Below are positions 1 to 10,508 of a DNA stretch of 64,000 nucleotides, piece after piece. Source of the DNA: an uncultured Planctomycetaceae bacterium (GTDB lineage Bacteria > Planctomycetota > Planctomycetia > Planctomycetales > Planctomycetaceae); assembly GCA_963815195.1 (NCBI GenBank), contig CAWFGE010000008.1:448001-512000 (forward strand), read 5' to 3'. Both the position numbers and the translations under genes were made by a program. The notes under the pieces are model-generated. The model had not been told where the DNA came from. It searched no databases and was given only the letters and a program-made list of their open reading frames with translations. Each line of letters begins with the position of its first letter. Position 1 is the first letter of the stretch.

Positions 1-926
1 CAGTTCGAGTTGCCAGCCCTCCCGGAGAGAGAGTCGGCGTTGCGGAACAACCGAATGATAGTTGCCATCATAGAATAGTTCGCCGACGGGTGCGGCCAAG
101 GGACCATTGAGTCGGTACGTTTCGTTCAGCGGGAACTCGGAAGTGCCCGCGGACTTGAGAAAGGCATACAACGAACCGCCCAGCGCATGGCCGCTTGCGG
201 TCGTGGCGGCTGTGGTTGGCGTGACGGGCGGAAGTTGCCGATCGTCCCCCGCCACAATCACGCGGCCTCCTTCGGCAAGACCGGCCAGGGCCATGAGTCC
301 CTGACTGACGACCATCTGCGAAGCTTCATCGATGAGCACCAGATCGAAAACGTGCGCCGTGGGACCATTGCCTTGAGGACCCCTCCCTCAAGGATTTTGA
401 ATAACGACCAGACCGTCGAGCCGACGACAACCGCTTTGCGCTCTAACCAGCGGCCGACGGCGGGAAGATCGGCTTTGGCGAGAGAAACCGACGCAATCCC
501 GGACGCAAGTCCCTGGTCCGGGCGGTTTCCCAGGAACGCGAGCGACGTGCCCGGCAGGTGTTCGGCCGTGATGCGGGCGATCCCGTCGAGCAGGTTGCCA
601 ATGGCTTCGCGTGTGAAACCGGTTACGAGTATGCGGCATGGTCTGCCGGCACGGTGGGCAGCCCAGAGGAATCCTGCCGCCATCCATGACAATAGAAACG
701 TCTTGCCGGTCCCAGGCGGCCCCAACACAAGCGACGTCCGCAGTCCTGCCGATTCTTTCCATGCCCGGAGTTGTGCGGGGCACAAAGTTCGCCCCGGCGG
801 TTGCAACCGAGGCAGCGCAAACTCCTCCAGCCCTGCCCGCCACAGTTCGCTGGCTTCGCTGGGCAGTGTCGCTGAGAACTGCTCCGGGTCGTCCAGAAAA
901 CTCAGAATGTCGTTGCGAACCGTCAC
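1..926 (-). CDS. SF1 helicase, UPF1/DNA2-like (AAA_11/AAA_12 type); runs off window start; frameshift near 370
   Basis: GTG at 926 overlaps the upstream TGA. Walker A GPPGTGKT; after the frame switch DLVLIDEASQ, AGDDRQLPP and LNETYRL motifs. Confidence 0.85.
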
Positions 927-2933
927 GTGCCGGGGCCTCCTTGCTCGAGATGCTGCAAGAAATTCAGTACACGCGGACCATTGACGTCGAAGAATGCTCG
1001 ATCGAGATAAAAACCATCGGCCCCGGTCCGGGGAACCTCGATCAATTTGTGCAGGACGCCTGCTCTCCAAACATCGCGACGGACATCAACCTTCACCGCC
1101 ATGTCCCCATTTGTCGAGCCTTCGTCAATGCGGAAGATGGACACGGCAATATCCGGCCACCGCGCGGTGTCAAGCAGCATGTCAGGATCGCCGTCAGTCA
1201 GGACAACGCCAAACGTCGCGGGGCCGAGGTCCGTCCTCCGGCAATCCGCGGGAACGAGGAAGTGAAGCCGCACTGCAGCCCAACCGGCACCTGCAGGGGA
1301 ACTCTCGGTGCGAATAAATCGCATCGGGCCGATGCAGGCGGACCGCTCTTTGCGCTGATCCGCCGGTTCCGCCAGGGCGGTCAATGCAGCCAATTCAGCG
1401 ATACGGGTATTCAACAGTTCCTGGGCTTCCAAAAGTTGAAGGTTGGCCGCGTCGAGCGGATGGAATTTCATCTGCCAGCGGAACGGAGCCTTCTTCAGCC
1501 GCAGAAATGCCGGGGAAGCTTTCGCGTTATCCGCCAGGATCCAGCGTGCCAAATCCGCCAAGGTTCGCAGGCGCTCGCGCACATCATGTTCAACCAGCGC
1601 AGGGTCCGTGTCGCCTAATTTCAAGCCGCGACAGGCCTCGATGCTCAACCGGGAAGAAAAGGGCGCTCCAAGGACTCGGCAGGATGGTAGGGGTGCGCCA
1701 AGGGAGGATCGGCACTGGCCAACGCCTGGCTGACGCGGGCCAGGTCGAGGCTGACGCGCCGGCAAAGCGTACAGCGCATCGAACACACTTCGCAGACCCG
1801 TCGCCGGCAAGTGCCGGGGACCGCCGTACTCTGGTTCGCCTTGCAGCGGTTCGGGGGGGAACATCCGCACCATGTGCAGCAGTCCGCCACGGATCTCGGC
1901 ATCGCCCAAATGTCTCCCTAAGGCATTTGCCAGATCCGCTGCCTCTGAGGGTTCGTAAACCAAGATGTGAGCAATCCAAGGTTTCCCGGTGGCTTGGCGA
2001 TTGTGCGCGTCGACCTCGTCCAGACAATGACAAACGTCGGACAGCACTCGCCAGATTGCCTGGCGTTCCGCGTCCGCACCCGACTCCGCGATCACGGCGG
2101 TGGTAAATATTCCGTCTCGGTCGGGCAATTCGCACAAGCAGCCCAACGCAGCAAGTCTGTTTTCGACAGGATCATGGTCAACAAGGAGAGAGACGGTCGC
2201 ATCGATTTTCGGCGGCAAGAGGTAAGTCGACCGTTCCGGTTCCCGCGCGACGCTCCCTGTGAGCAGAGCCTTCGCCCGCTTCACGAATCTGCTGCCGCGC
2301 GTATTCAATCCCCAACCCGCTCCCGGCTTCGTCATGATCTCAGGGTTATCCGTCAGTTCGCCGAGCGTCCCGATGCCCACTTCCGCGAGCGCCTGCTTTG
2401 AGTATTGCGACATGCCGGGAATCGCAGAAATATCCCAATCTCTGCGAGGCACATGGTCGGCGATCTTCTTGACACAATGCGACAGATAGTTGCATTGCTC
2501 GCATTTAAAGTAGATGTGGAACCGAGATGCATCTCCATCGGGGCCAACCTGAGCCACGGCAATCCGGCCCAAATGTGACCGGAAGAAGTCAATCACCTGT
2601 CGGCGATACGCCATCAACCGGAACTCGGTCACATTCCAGAGTTGGGCTTCTTCCTCTCCGAAATGCCAGATTTCGCCGACGTCCTCGACCATTGCGCTGA
2701 CTCCCAACTCACGCAGCATCTCGGCGAGCAGGATCGCATAGAACGCGACTTGGACCTTATGAAACAGGGCCGGTTGTTGCACGGCTTTCACATCGATGAC
2801 CCGAAAGCGAACGCTACCCTCGTATTGTTCAGCCCGAACTAGGTCGGGCAGCGCTGTGGTGGACCCCGAAAACTGGACAGCCCAATAAGGTAGAATTTGC
2901 GATGTTCATTTGTCGCATTGGGAGGTTCCGATT

Positions 2934-3224
2934 ATGACCAGGAAGCGTCGAGTTTTGGGGTCCGCGTTCAAAGCCAAGGTGGCGTTGGCGGCGGTCAAAG
3001 GGGATAGGACGACGGCTCAGTTGGCGTCGGAATTTGGCGTCCACACGAGCCAAGTCACGGCTTGGAAAAAGCAGTTGTTGTCGGGAGCCACTGAGTTGTT
3101 CACGGATGGCCGACGTAAGCGATCCGACGATCAATCGGCCAATGAGCAAGAACTCTATGAACAAATCGGCCGGCTGAAAATGGAAGTCGAGTGGCTCAAA
3201 AAAAAGTCGCTGACGCTGGATTAA
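2934..3224 (+). CDS. IS3 transposase OrfA (HTH)
   Basis: AFKAKVALAA...LASEFGVH..QV..WKKQ...LYEQIGRLKMEVEWLKKK. A8G slippery run at 3198-3206 for -1 frameshifting. Confidence 0.93.
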   Translation: MTRKRRVLGSAFKAKVALAAVKGDRTTAQLASEFGVHTSQVTAWKKQLLSGATELFTDGRRKRSDDQSANEQELYEQIGRLKMEVEWLKKKSLTLD

Positions 3225-4039
3225 GCCACGAGGTTTTGCGGGCATGGATCGAACCGAAGCATTCCACGTTGAGCGTGTCGCGTCAGTGCGATCTGTTGGG
3301 ATTGGCGCGGAGCAGTTGGTACTACGAACCTGGCGGCGAGACCGCGGAAAATTTGGAACTGATGCGGCGAATCGACGAGGAATACACGCGGCATCCGTTT
3401 TATGGTTCTCGCAAGATGGCCGAGTTGTTCGGCGTGAATCGCAAGCGAGTGCAGCGGCTGATGCGGCAGATGGGAATCGAAGCGGTTGGACCGAAACGCC
3501 GCACGACCAAACCGGGGCGCGGACACAAGATTTACCCTTATTTACTGCGGAATGTGGAGGTTCTCCGGCCCAACCAGGTGTGGTCGAGCGACATCACTTA
3601 CATCCCGCTTCGCCACGGGTTTTTGTATCTCGTGGCAGTGATGGACTGGTTCAGTCGCTACGTGTTGAGTTGGCGATTGTCGAACACGTTGGAGGGGAGT
3701 TTTTGCTTGGAGGCGTTGGACGAAGCCTTGTCGATCTCGCGGCCGGAGGTCTTCAACAGCGACCAGGGCAGCCAATTCACGGCGATCAAGTTCACCGAGC
3801 GATTGGAACGATTGAATGTCGCGATCAGTATGGATGGAAAAGGACGGTGCTTGGACAACGTATTCATCGAGCGGCTGTGGCGGAGCGTGAAATACGAAGA
3901 GGTTTACTTGAAGGATTACACGGATGGTTGGGAGGCCGAGAGAAGCCTGCAGAGTTACTTTGAGTTCTATTGTGAGGAACGGATTCATCAGTCGCTGGGT
4001 TATCAAACGCCGGCGATGATCTACGAAGGAAAAGATTGA
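3191..4039 (+). CDS. IS3 transposase OrfB (DDE integrase core)
   Basis: WSSDITY, FNSDQGSQF, DNVFIERLWRSVKYE motifs; -1 frame relative to OrfA. Confidence 0.95.
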   Translation: MAQKKVADAGLSHEVLRAWIEPKHSTLSVSRQCDLLGLARSSWYYEPGGETAENLELMRRIDEEYTRHPFYGSRKMAELFGVNRKRVQRLMRQMGIEAVGPKRRTTKPGRGHKIYPYLLRNVEVLRPNQVWSSDITYIPLRHGFLYLVAVMDWFSRYVLSWRLSNTLEGSFCLEALDEALSISRPEVFNSDQGSQFTAIKFTERLERLNVAISMDGKGRCLDNVFIERLWRSVKYEEVYLKDYTDGWEAERSLQSYFEFYCEERIHQSLGYQTPAMIYEGKD

Positions 4040-5562
4040 AGCCTGCACAAAGTGATGGACGAAAAATGAAAACAAGTTTCGCGCAAAACCGGGAGGGAAC
4101 TGGTGAGGTCTCGTCCCGGGCCCCTTGTCATCGGCGGCAGACGACGAGGCCTATGAGGGGCCTCGTCTGCCGCTGACTCACACCACTAAACAACCCCGTT
4201 TGCTGTCCAAAGAATGGGGTCCACCTCACACCATCGCAAACTCCACGCCGGACGGTCCTCCCAGCGATTGAAGGAAGCGGGCAGAATCCCTCAAGTGCAA
4301 CTGGAGTTGTGAGGCGTACGTTTCCGCTGTTTCGTGCGCAAGAACGCAGCGGTAGTTTCGGGCGAGAGAACCTTCTCGGGCGACGTCGCGGCCAAAACAG
4401 ACTCGGTGGAAGCCAAGGCGTCAACGACCTGCTTCTCGAAATCGTCCCCTGCCTTGGCCCACTTGTCGCACATCGCATGCTCTTTGCCAGTGACGATGCC
4501 TTTGCGATCTTGCGACGTCATCAGGTTGTAGCGAGCCTGCCGATCGCAGCGGTATTGGAAGAAATATTTGACGGTGGTTGCTGATAGGCGCAGCACAATT
4601 ATGACCCCTGCGAACGCCCGAAATCGAGCGTTGAAATACCCAAAGCAGTCTGATGAGGTCTGCTATGCTAGCCGAAAGCGATAGACGTGACTAGGAATCC
4701 AGTTGCGGGCAAATTCCGGATTCTCGGGTCACTCTTTGGCAATTTGATTCTGTTGGCGCGCGATATGGAGATTCGTCCGCAAATGTCGTAGACGATGTTT
4801 TCAGCAATTCTGGCCGCCTGAATACACCTCCACGGAGCAGATATGTGCTTTGCAAGAACGGACCCAAATGCCAGAGTTGCATATCCTAAGTAAAGGGTTG
4901 GCGAAGCCGTGTCATGGGTTCTCCTGTGAAAGAGAGCAGAAACCCTGAAGTCGCCGAAAACTCCGCCCGCCCAACCCAGACCGATTTGTAAATGGTTCGC
5001 ACTCATTCCTTTAGGACAAAAAGCTCGAATCACACACGCGACAAATTCCAGAATTGTCTCTGCCTCATATCTTTCGCATTTATCCGTCATGCCGTGCGCG
5101 AGTTGGGCGACGAAAGTTCTGCGGAGTGGGGGTTCGCATGACGGAAAGATGAAGGTTGAGTTAAGCGGTGGGTCATGCCTGCACTGGTGTGGCGGGAATT
5201 CGTGTGACAATCGCTGAGCGGAACGCAAAGGAAACATTTGGCGAAGAGCAGACCGCCCAAATTAAATTGGCCAATTCCGGACATACCCGCCATGTCTCGC
5301 GCTCATAAAACGCGGCCCAGAAAGTTCGAATCTTTTCCCCTCAGCGAACAAATTCTCGAAACTTTTGTCTCTCCCCCATAACAGGAGGGTCAGTTCTCTC
5401 CCAAAATCGAGAGACTTTCCAAACAGACTTCGACCCCGCGCGAACCGCGTGTCTCTATTTGCAAACACGAGAGACAATCCGCCACGGGCGTACACCGCAA
5501 GTTCTTACGCGAACTTGGGATAAGTTCGGCAATTTGCGATTGTCTCTGCCCCAAAAAGAAAT

Positions 5563-5597
5563 AACCCCTGGGTCACGAATTTCGTAAACCAGGGGTT
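5563..5597 (-). terminator. Intrinsic terminator hairpin downstream of tRNA-fMet
   Basis: AACCCCTGG...CCAGGGGTT inverted repeat followed by a T-rich tract on the minus strand. Confidence 0.6.
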
Positions 5598-5600
5598 CAG

Positions 5601-5674
<74 letters not shown>

Positions 5675-6211
5675 GCATAGGGGAGGGATTTTTCCCTCCG
5701 CGTAGGGGAATGTTATCGGCGATCGGGTTTGATGACAACCATCAAAAGTGAGATTTTTCCGCTCACGCGATGCTTCCGCAAAGGAAGTTGCGGACAGGCA
5801 AATTGGTACGTGCCGATTGTGCCTCGCTTTCAACAATGAGTCGCGGACTATTCGCGAAGCTCGTCGAGTTCGCCGAGAAATCCCCGTTGGTGGCTCGCTT
5901 TCAAGAATGAGTCGCGGACTGAGGGAGTTTTGCGGGACACGGGAATTTGATAATTTCTCAAGCTGAAAGCGCCAAATACTTTGAACCGCGGATTGCGCGG
6001 AGTTTCGCGGAAAGGAAAATGGAGCGACGCCTCAACGGGCCACGCTTTTGTCGACAAGCGGCGGTAAAATTCGCTCGTTTTACCAGCAGCTCTCCGCGTT
6101 ATCCGGCGTCCGAGTCATTGTCGGCTTACTGTTTGACTTGAGATTCGATGTTGCAATCGTTGATGCCGGGGTTTGTTGTTTGGGTCAGCGGTGCTCGGCC
6201 GGTCGACGGCT

Positions 6212-7255
6212 TCAGGCACAGACGGGGTTGGGCTCGTCGATTTGGGGCGGGCGGCCGGGGAGGTCTTGGGCGTACCATTCGTTGAGGATGGTCCCCCAAT
6301 CTTCGGGAGTTTGGACTTTGATGAAGGCATCGCGGAGCGAGACGGGCTCTGGGTGGAGTTGGCCGTATCGGATGCCGAATTTCCGCATGTGCCGGGGTCC
6401 GCGGACGGGGCCGTAGTGTTCGAGGGCCAATCGAAAATGCTCGGCGAGGACTTCGCGCTGGTCGTGGAGGCTGGGATAGACGATGGGCAAACCGTCGGCG
6501 AGGGCTTGGGCCTGGCGGAAGACCCAGGGGTTGCCGATGGCACCGCGGGCGACGGTCACGCCGTCGACGCCGGTGTATTTCATCATCTCCACGCAGGCGG
6601 TCGCATCGAACAGATCGCCGCTGCCCAGGACCGTATGCGAACCGGCCCGCGATTTGATCTCGCGGAGCGTCTCCCAATTGCTGGGGCCGTCGTAGCGCTG
6701 GGTCACGGTGCGGCCGTGGACGGTCATCGCCGCGACGCCCAAGGACCACGCGGCATCGAAGATCTCGAAGAAGTGGTCGCGGCTTTCCGGCGTGTCGTCA
6801 ATGCCTCGCCGCATCTTGACGGTGACGGGAATTTCCGGCGGGACGTGCTCGCGAACGCGGGCGATGATTTCGATGGCGGTGTCCGGCTGGCCGAGATGAA
6901 ACCCGCCCCGGCAGCGGCCCAGGACTTTTTTCACGGGGCAGCCGAAGTTGATGTCGATGACATCGAAGCCGGCTTCGACGAGTTTGACGGCCGCCGGCCC
7001 GAACAGCTCGGGGTCGGCCCCCATCAACTGGCCGCCGACGGGATGTTCCTCATCGCCGACGCGGATCAAGTGCCGATTCTTGCGGCTCTTTTTGACTTCC
7101 ACGAGGAACTTGTCGAGCAGCACCTCGCAGAGCGTGTACGGGGCGCCGAGCCGGCGGGCGATGACCCGCATCGGCCAATCGCTATAACCGCTGAGGGCCG
7201 CCTGCACAAACGGCGACTCCAACCGGATCGGGCCGATCTGTAGCTGTGATGGCAT
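6212..7255 (-). CDS. dusB: tRNA-dihydrouridine synthase
   Basis: QAALSGYSD, IDINFGCP, VTVKMRRG, TVHGRT, GSGD, ARGAIGNPWVF. Confidence 0.9.
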   Translation of the reverse strand: MPSQLQIGPIRLESPFVQAALSGYSDWPMRVIARRLGAPYTLCEVLLDKFLVEVKKSRKNRHLIRVGDEEHPVGGQLMGADPELFGPAAVKLVEAGFDVIDINFGCPVKKVLGRCRGGFHLGQPDTAIEIIARVREHVPPEIPVTVKMRRGIDDTPESRDHFFEIFDAAWSLGVAAMTVHGRTVTQRYDGPSNWETLREIKSRAGSHTVLGSGDLFDATACVEMMKYTGVDGVTVARGAIGNPWVFRQAQALADGLPIVYPSLHDQREVLAEHFRLALEHYGPVRGPRHMRKFGIRYGQLHPEPVSLRDAFIKVQTPEDWGTILNEWYAQDLPGRPPQIDEPNPVCA

Positions 7256-7538
7256 AGAGCTTTTGTCGATAAGGACTGATGGCGAAGCGGCGTGGATGAT
7301 TGACCGCCCCACGCCGTGGTGGGGGAATCTCCGGATTGTCCTGCGCCGAAGCGTCCGCCTACAGTGGAAAGTTGGGGAAGGTTTTCTTCAGTTTATGTTT
7401 GGGGGCCAAGGATTCGCAAGAAGAGCCGGTTCGGGGGACGGATCGCCGTCGCTGGTCAGCCTCGGTTTGATATACTTAAGGGAAGCGAACCGAGTATCAG
7501 GGGGACCGATTAAGAACCAGTGCGAATGACACCATTCG

Positions 7539-7579
7539 GTCCCCTTACCCTGACCCTCTCCCCTAAGGGGAAAGGGGAC
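7539..7579. repeat. CCCT(C/T)ACCC..CCCTCTCCC..GGG(A)GAGGG palindromic element; second copy inverted at 10235-10273
   Basis: Two near-identical intergenic copies visible in the window. Confidence 0.75.
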
Positions 7580-7611
7580 CCGATGGTGTTGCAAGAGGAA
7601 TCCGCATCGGA

Positions 7612-8778
7612 ATGGCGAGTTGGAAAAAGAATCTTTCCCGCAGATTTCGCGGCTCGATTTACCGGCTGGAGCGCGGAATCGACCGCTGGAAGCACGGCAT
7701 CAAACATCGGCTGGGCTGGGTCGAGCCGGTGTGCATCCTGCCTTACCGCGGTTTCGGAACGCCCGAGTCGTTGTCGCTCCGCGGCCGGGTGCTCGAGGAC
7801 AAAGGGATCGGCAGCCCCAAGGTCAACGACTCCTGGTGGACCAACCTGTGCAACATGTATCGCCGGTTCGACAGCGATGAGATTCCCGGCGCCCGCATTC
7901 GCGCGACGTATCACGAGCAGACGCAAGAAACGGAGACGGACGAAGAGGGATATTTTGAGGTGCATTTCGAGCCTCTGGTTCCGCCCCACCCGGCAACGCT
8001 TTGGCACGATGTGCGTGTGGAACTCTTGGACGAAATCGTGCCCGGCCAGACCGGGGTGACGGCGACGGGGCAGGTGCTCGTGCCTCCGATCGATGCCCGG
8101 TTCGGCGTGATCAGCGACATGGACGACACGGTGCTCGAAACGCATGCCACGAGCTTTTGGCGAATGGCGAAGCTGACGTTCCTCCGCAACGCGCGGACGC
8201 GGATGCCTTTCCAAGGCGTGGGCGAGTTTTACCGGGCTCTGCAGCGCGGGCCGTCGGGCCGAAATCACAATCCGATCTTTTACGTCTCCAGCAGCGCCTG
8301 GAACATCTACGATCTGCTCGTGGATTTCTTGGAGATCAACGAAATCCCGGCCGGCCCTTTGCTGCTCAGGGATTTGCGCCTCGGCAAAAATTCTGAAAGC
8401 AATTTTTCGCACGAGCATAAGCTCGATAAAATCGAACGCATCTTAGAAACCTATCCCGATTTGCCTTTCGTGTTGATCGGAGATTCGGGGCAGGACGACC
8501 CGAAGATCTATCGGCAGGCCGTTTTGGATTTTCCCGGACGGATTGCCGCCATCTACATCCGCGACATCGTGCCCGCGCATCAAACGCAGGTGGAAGACAT
8601 CGCCAGGGAAGTCGAAGAGCACGGCGTGGATATGCTCCTGGTTCAAAACACCGCGGTGGCGGCGGTGCACGCGGCGGAGAAAGGCTTGATCGTTCCCGCC
8701 GTCGTTCCCAACATCCGCCGCGAAACCGAGATCGACCACGACGACAAGCCCTCCACCGGCCGGTTGGCTCCCGTGTGA
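7612..8778 (+). CDS. App1-family phosphatidate phosphatase (DUF2183)
   Basis: VISDMDDTV, FYVSSSAWNIY, FVLIGDSGQDD. Confidence 0.9.
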   Translation: MASWKKNLSRRFRGSIYRLERGIDRWKHGIKHRLGWVEPVCILPYRGFGTPESLSLRGRVLEDKGIGSPKVNDSWWTNLCNMYRRFDSDEIPGARIRATYHEQTQETETDEEGYFEVHFEPLVPPHPATLWHDVRVELLDEIVPGQTGVTATGQVLVPPIDARFGVISDMDDTVLETHATSFWRMAKLTFLRNARTRMPFQGVGEFYRALQRGPSGRNHNPIFYVSSSAWNIYDLLVDFLEINEIPAGPLLLRDLRLGKNSESNFSHEHKLDKIERILETYPDLPFVLIGDSGQDDPKIYRQAVLDFPGRIAAIYIRDIVPAHQTQVEDIAREVEEHGVDMLLVQNTAVAAVHAAEKGLIVPAVVPNIRRETEIDHDDKPSTGRLAPV

Positions 8779-8868
8779 GGCTTACCGTTCGTAGTCACTT
8801 GGCTTTTAACATCAGTCGAGAATGACAGCCTTCATTTTTGATGACGCGTGATATTGTTGCCCTGTCTT

Positions 8869-9094
8869 AGCCGCGTAGCGGCGGTAGCACTTAGCTGCAG
8901 GCGTCAGCCTGCAGATCCGAAATCCAAAAAGTCCCATGAGCCGCGAAGCGGCGACAGCAATTTTCGAAGAAGAAGAACAAACCCCCGCGTTATGATCGAT
9001 TGACTGCTGGCGCCGCTACGCGGCTTTCGATCTTTTTGATAACTTTCTCTGCGGGCTGACGCCCGCAGCTATATGCTGGCGCCGCTTCGCGGCT
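8869..9094. repeat. Composite REP/MITE-like palindromic element
   Basis: AGCCGCG(T/A)AGCGGC twice and inverted GCCGCT(A/T)CGCGGCT twice, plus CTGCAGGCGTCAGCCTGCAG / CTGCGGGCTGACGCCCGCAG. Confidence 0.8.
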
Positions 9095-9193
9095 ATTCCA
9101 TCACAGCGCGACTGTTTGATTTCCATGGGTCGGAGCCCAAAATCGTTTTCACCTGCCGCTCATCATTACAAATTGAAATTGATATCGACTTCA

Positions 9194-10219
9194 ATGACTC
9201 GCAAATTCCCTGTCAAAGTGATTGCGTCGCACAACGGCCTGGCCGCGACGCGGACGGCGTTTGAACTATTGCAGGCCGGGCGGGACACGCTCGATGCCGC
9301 GGTCGCCGGTGTCGTGTTGGTCGAGGATGATCCCGACGACACCTCCGTGGGCTACGGCGGCTTGCCCAACGAAGACGGCATCGTCGAGTTGGACGCCGCG
9401 GTGATGCACGGGCCGACGCATCGGGCCGGTTCGGTGGCGGCTCTGCAGAACATTCGGCATCCGTCCCGCGTGGCCCAGTTGGTGATGACGCGCTCGGACC
9501 ATGTGTGCCTCGTCGGGGATGGGGCCCTCAAGTTCGCCCGGGCCCACGGCTTCGCGGAGGAAAACCTGCTCACGGAGAAAGCCCGAAAGATTTGGCTGTA
9601 TTGGAAGGAGACGCTTTCGAGCCGGGACGATTGGCTCCCGCCGCCCGTGGAGGACATCGACGAGGATGTGGCGAAGTTTTTCAAGCTGGACACAAAACCG
9701 ATGACGCCGGAAGAAAAAGCCTTCGAGGAGACGAAGTTGCCTGGCCAAGAATTCCAGCGGCCCACGGGGACGGTGCATGTGTCGGCGATGAATGCCGGGG
9801 GCGACATTTCGTGCGTGACGAGCACCAGCGGCCTGGCGTTCAAACGGCCGGGGCGGGTCGGCGACAGCCCGATTCTGGGAGCGGGACTCTATGTGGATAA
9901 CGAAGTCGGATCCTGCGGCAGCACGGGGCGGGGCGAAGCGAACTTGCTGGAGGTCAGCAGCTTCGCCGCGGTGGAACTGATGCGCAGCGGCCGATCGCCC
10001 GCCGATGCCGGCCTGGAAGTTTTAAAGCGGATCGCGAAGCACACCGAACCCCGCCTGCGGAACGAGGCCGGCCAGCCGGACTTCGGGTTGAAGCTTTATC
10101 TCTTGGCCAAAGACGGCCGGCATGCGGGGGTGTCCCTTTGGGGACCTGCCGATTTCGCCGTCACCGACGAAGCCGGCACCCGCTTGGAATCCTGCCAGTG
10201 TCTCTTTGAACGCGAATGA
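9194..10219 (+). CDS. N(4)-(beta-N-acetylglucosaminyl)-L-asparaginase / isoaspartyl peptidase (Ntn hydrolase)
   Basis: SVGYGGLPN, ELDAAVM, GTV nucleophile site, TSTSG, PGRVGDSP, STGRGE. Confidence 0.9.
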   Translation: MTRKFPVKVIASHNGLAATRTAFELLQAGRDTLDAAVAGVVLVEDDPDDTSVGYGGLPNEDGIVELDAAVMHGPTHRAGSVAALQNIRHPSRVAQLVMTRSDHVCLVGDGALKFARAHGFAEENLLTEKARKIWLYWKETLSSRDDWLPPPVEDIDEDVAKFFKLDTKPMTPEEKAFEETKLPGQEFQRPTGTVHVSAMNAGGDISCVTSTSGLAFKRPGRVGDSPILGAGLYVDNEVGSCGSTGRGEANLLEVSSFAAVELMRSGRSPADAGLEVLKRIAKHTEPRLRNEAGQPDFGLKLYLLAKDGRHAGVSLWGPADFAVTDEAGTRLESCQCLFERE

Positions 10220-10329
10220 TTCTCATCTGGATTTGTCCCCTCTCCCCTTGGGGGAGAGGGTTAGGGTGAGGGGCCGGACGCAGAAACGCTTACGAACGCC
10301 CCTACGATCCCGCGTCACGCTTTGCGGAC

Positions 10330-10471
10330 GGGTGGCTGGGGCGCGAAAGAAAGTCCCGAAGACAACCGGGTTTTGAAGTCTGGGGCCGTGTGACAGTTTT
10401 CTAGCTCGTCCATCGCCCCAGTACTCGCAACGAAAGCCTGGCTCAGAAGGAAATTTGCGCCCCAGCCACCC
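10330..10471. repeat. MITE-like element with 15-bp terminal inverted repeats
   Basis: GGGTGGCTGGGGCGC ... GCGCCCCAGCCACCC. Confidence 0.7.
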
Positions 10472-10508
10472 CAACGGTTTGAGTTACACGCTCCGTTTGG
10501 ATCCCGCG

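Larger units (their letters stand above)
2855..4228 (+). mobile_element. IS3-family insertion sequence, 1374 bp
   Basis: IRL TGTGGTGGACCCCGAAAACTGGACAG at 2855 and IRR (reverse complement) TGAGGTGGACCCCATTCTTTGGACAG ending at 4228. TG..CA ends. Flanking triplets cgc/cac are an imperfect duplication. Confidence 0.95.
923..4596 (-). pseudogene. RecB-like PD-(D/E)XK nuclease protein (TM0106-like architecture) interrupted by IS3
   Basis: N-terminus LSATTVKYFFQYRCDRQ at 4596. The frame ...VEFAMV | IS | ALPDLVR...VIDVK...HKVQVAFY rejoins across the IS. CEQCNYLSHC cysteine motif follows. Further small frameshifts near 4330 and 1760-1680. Confidence 0.7.

Noticed and set aside
4668..5495. ORFs 4668-5237 and 5262-5495 as genes or an integrase
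   Set aside because: No recognisable motifs and atypical composition; more likely non-coding or eroded island-edge DNA.
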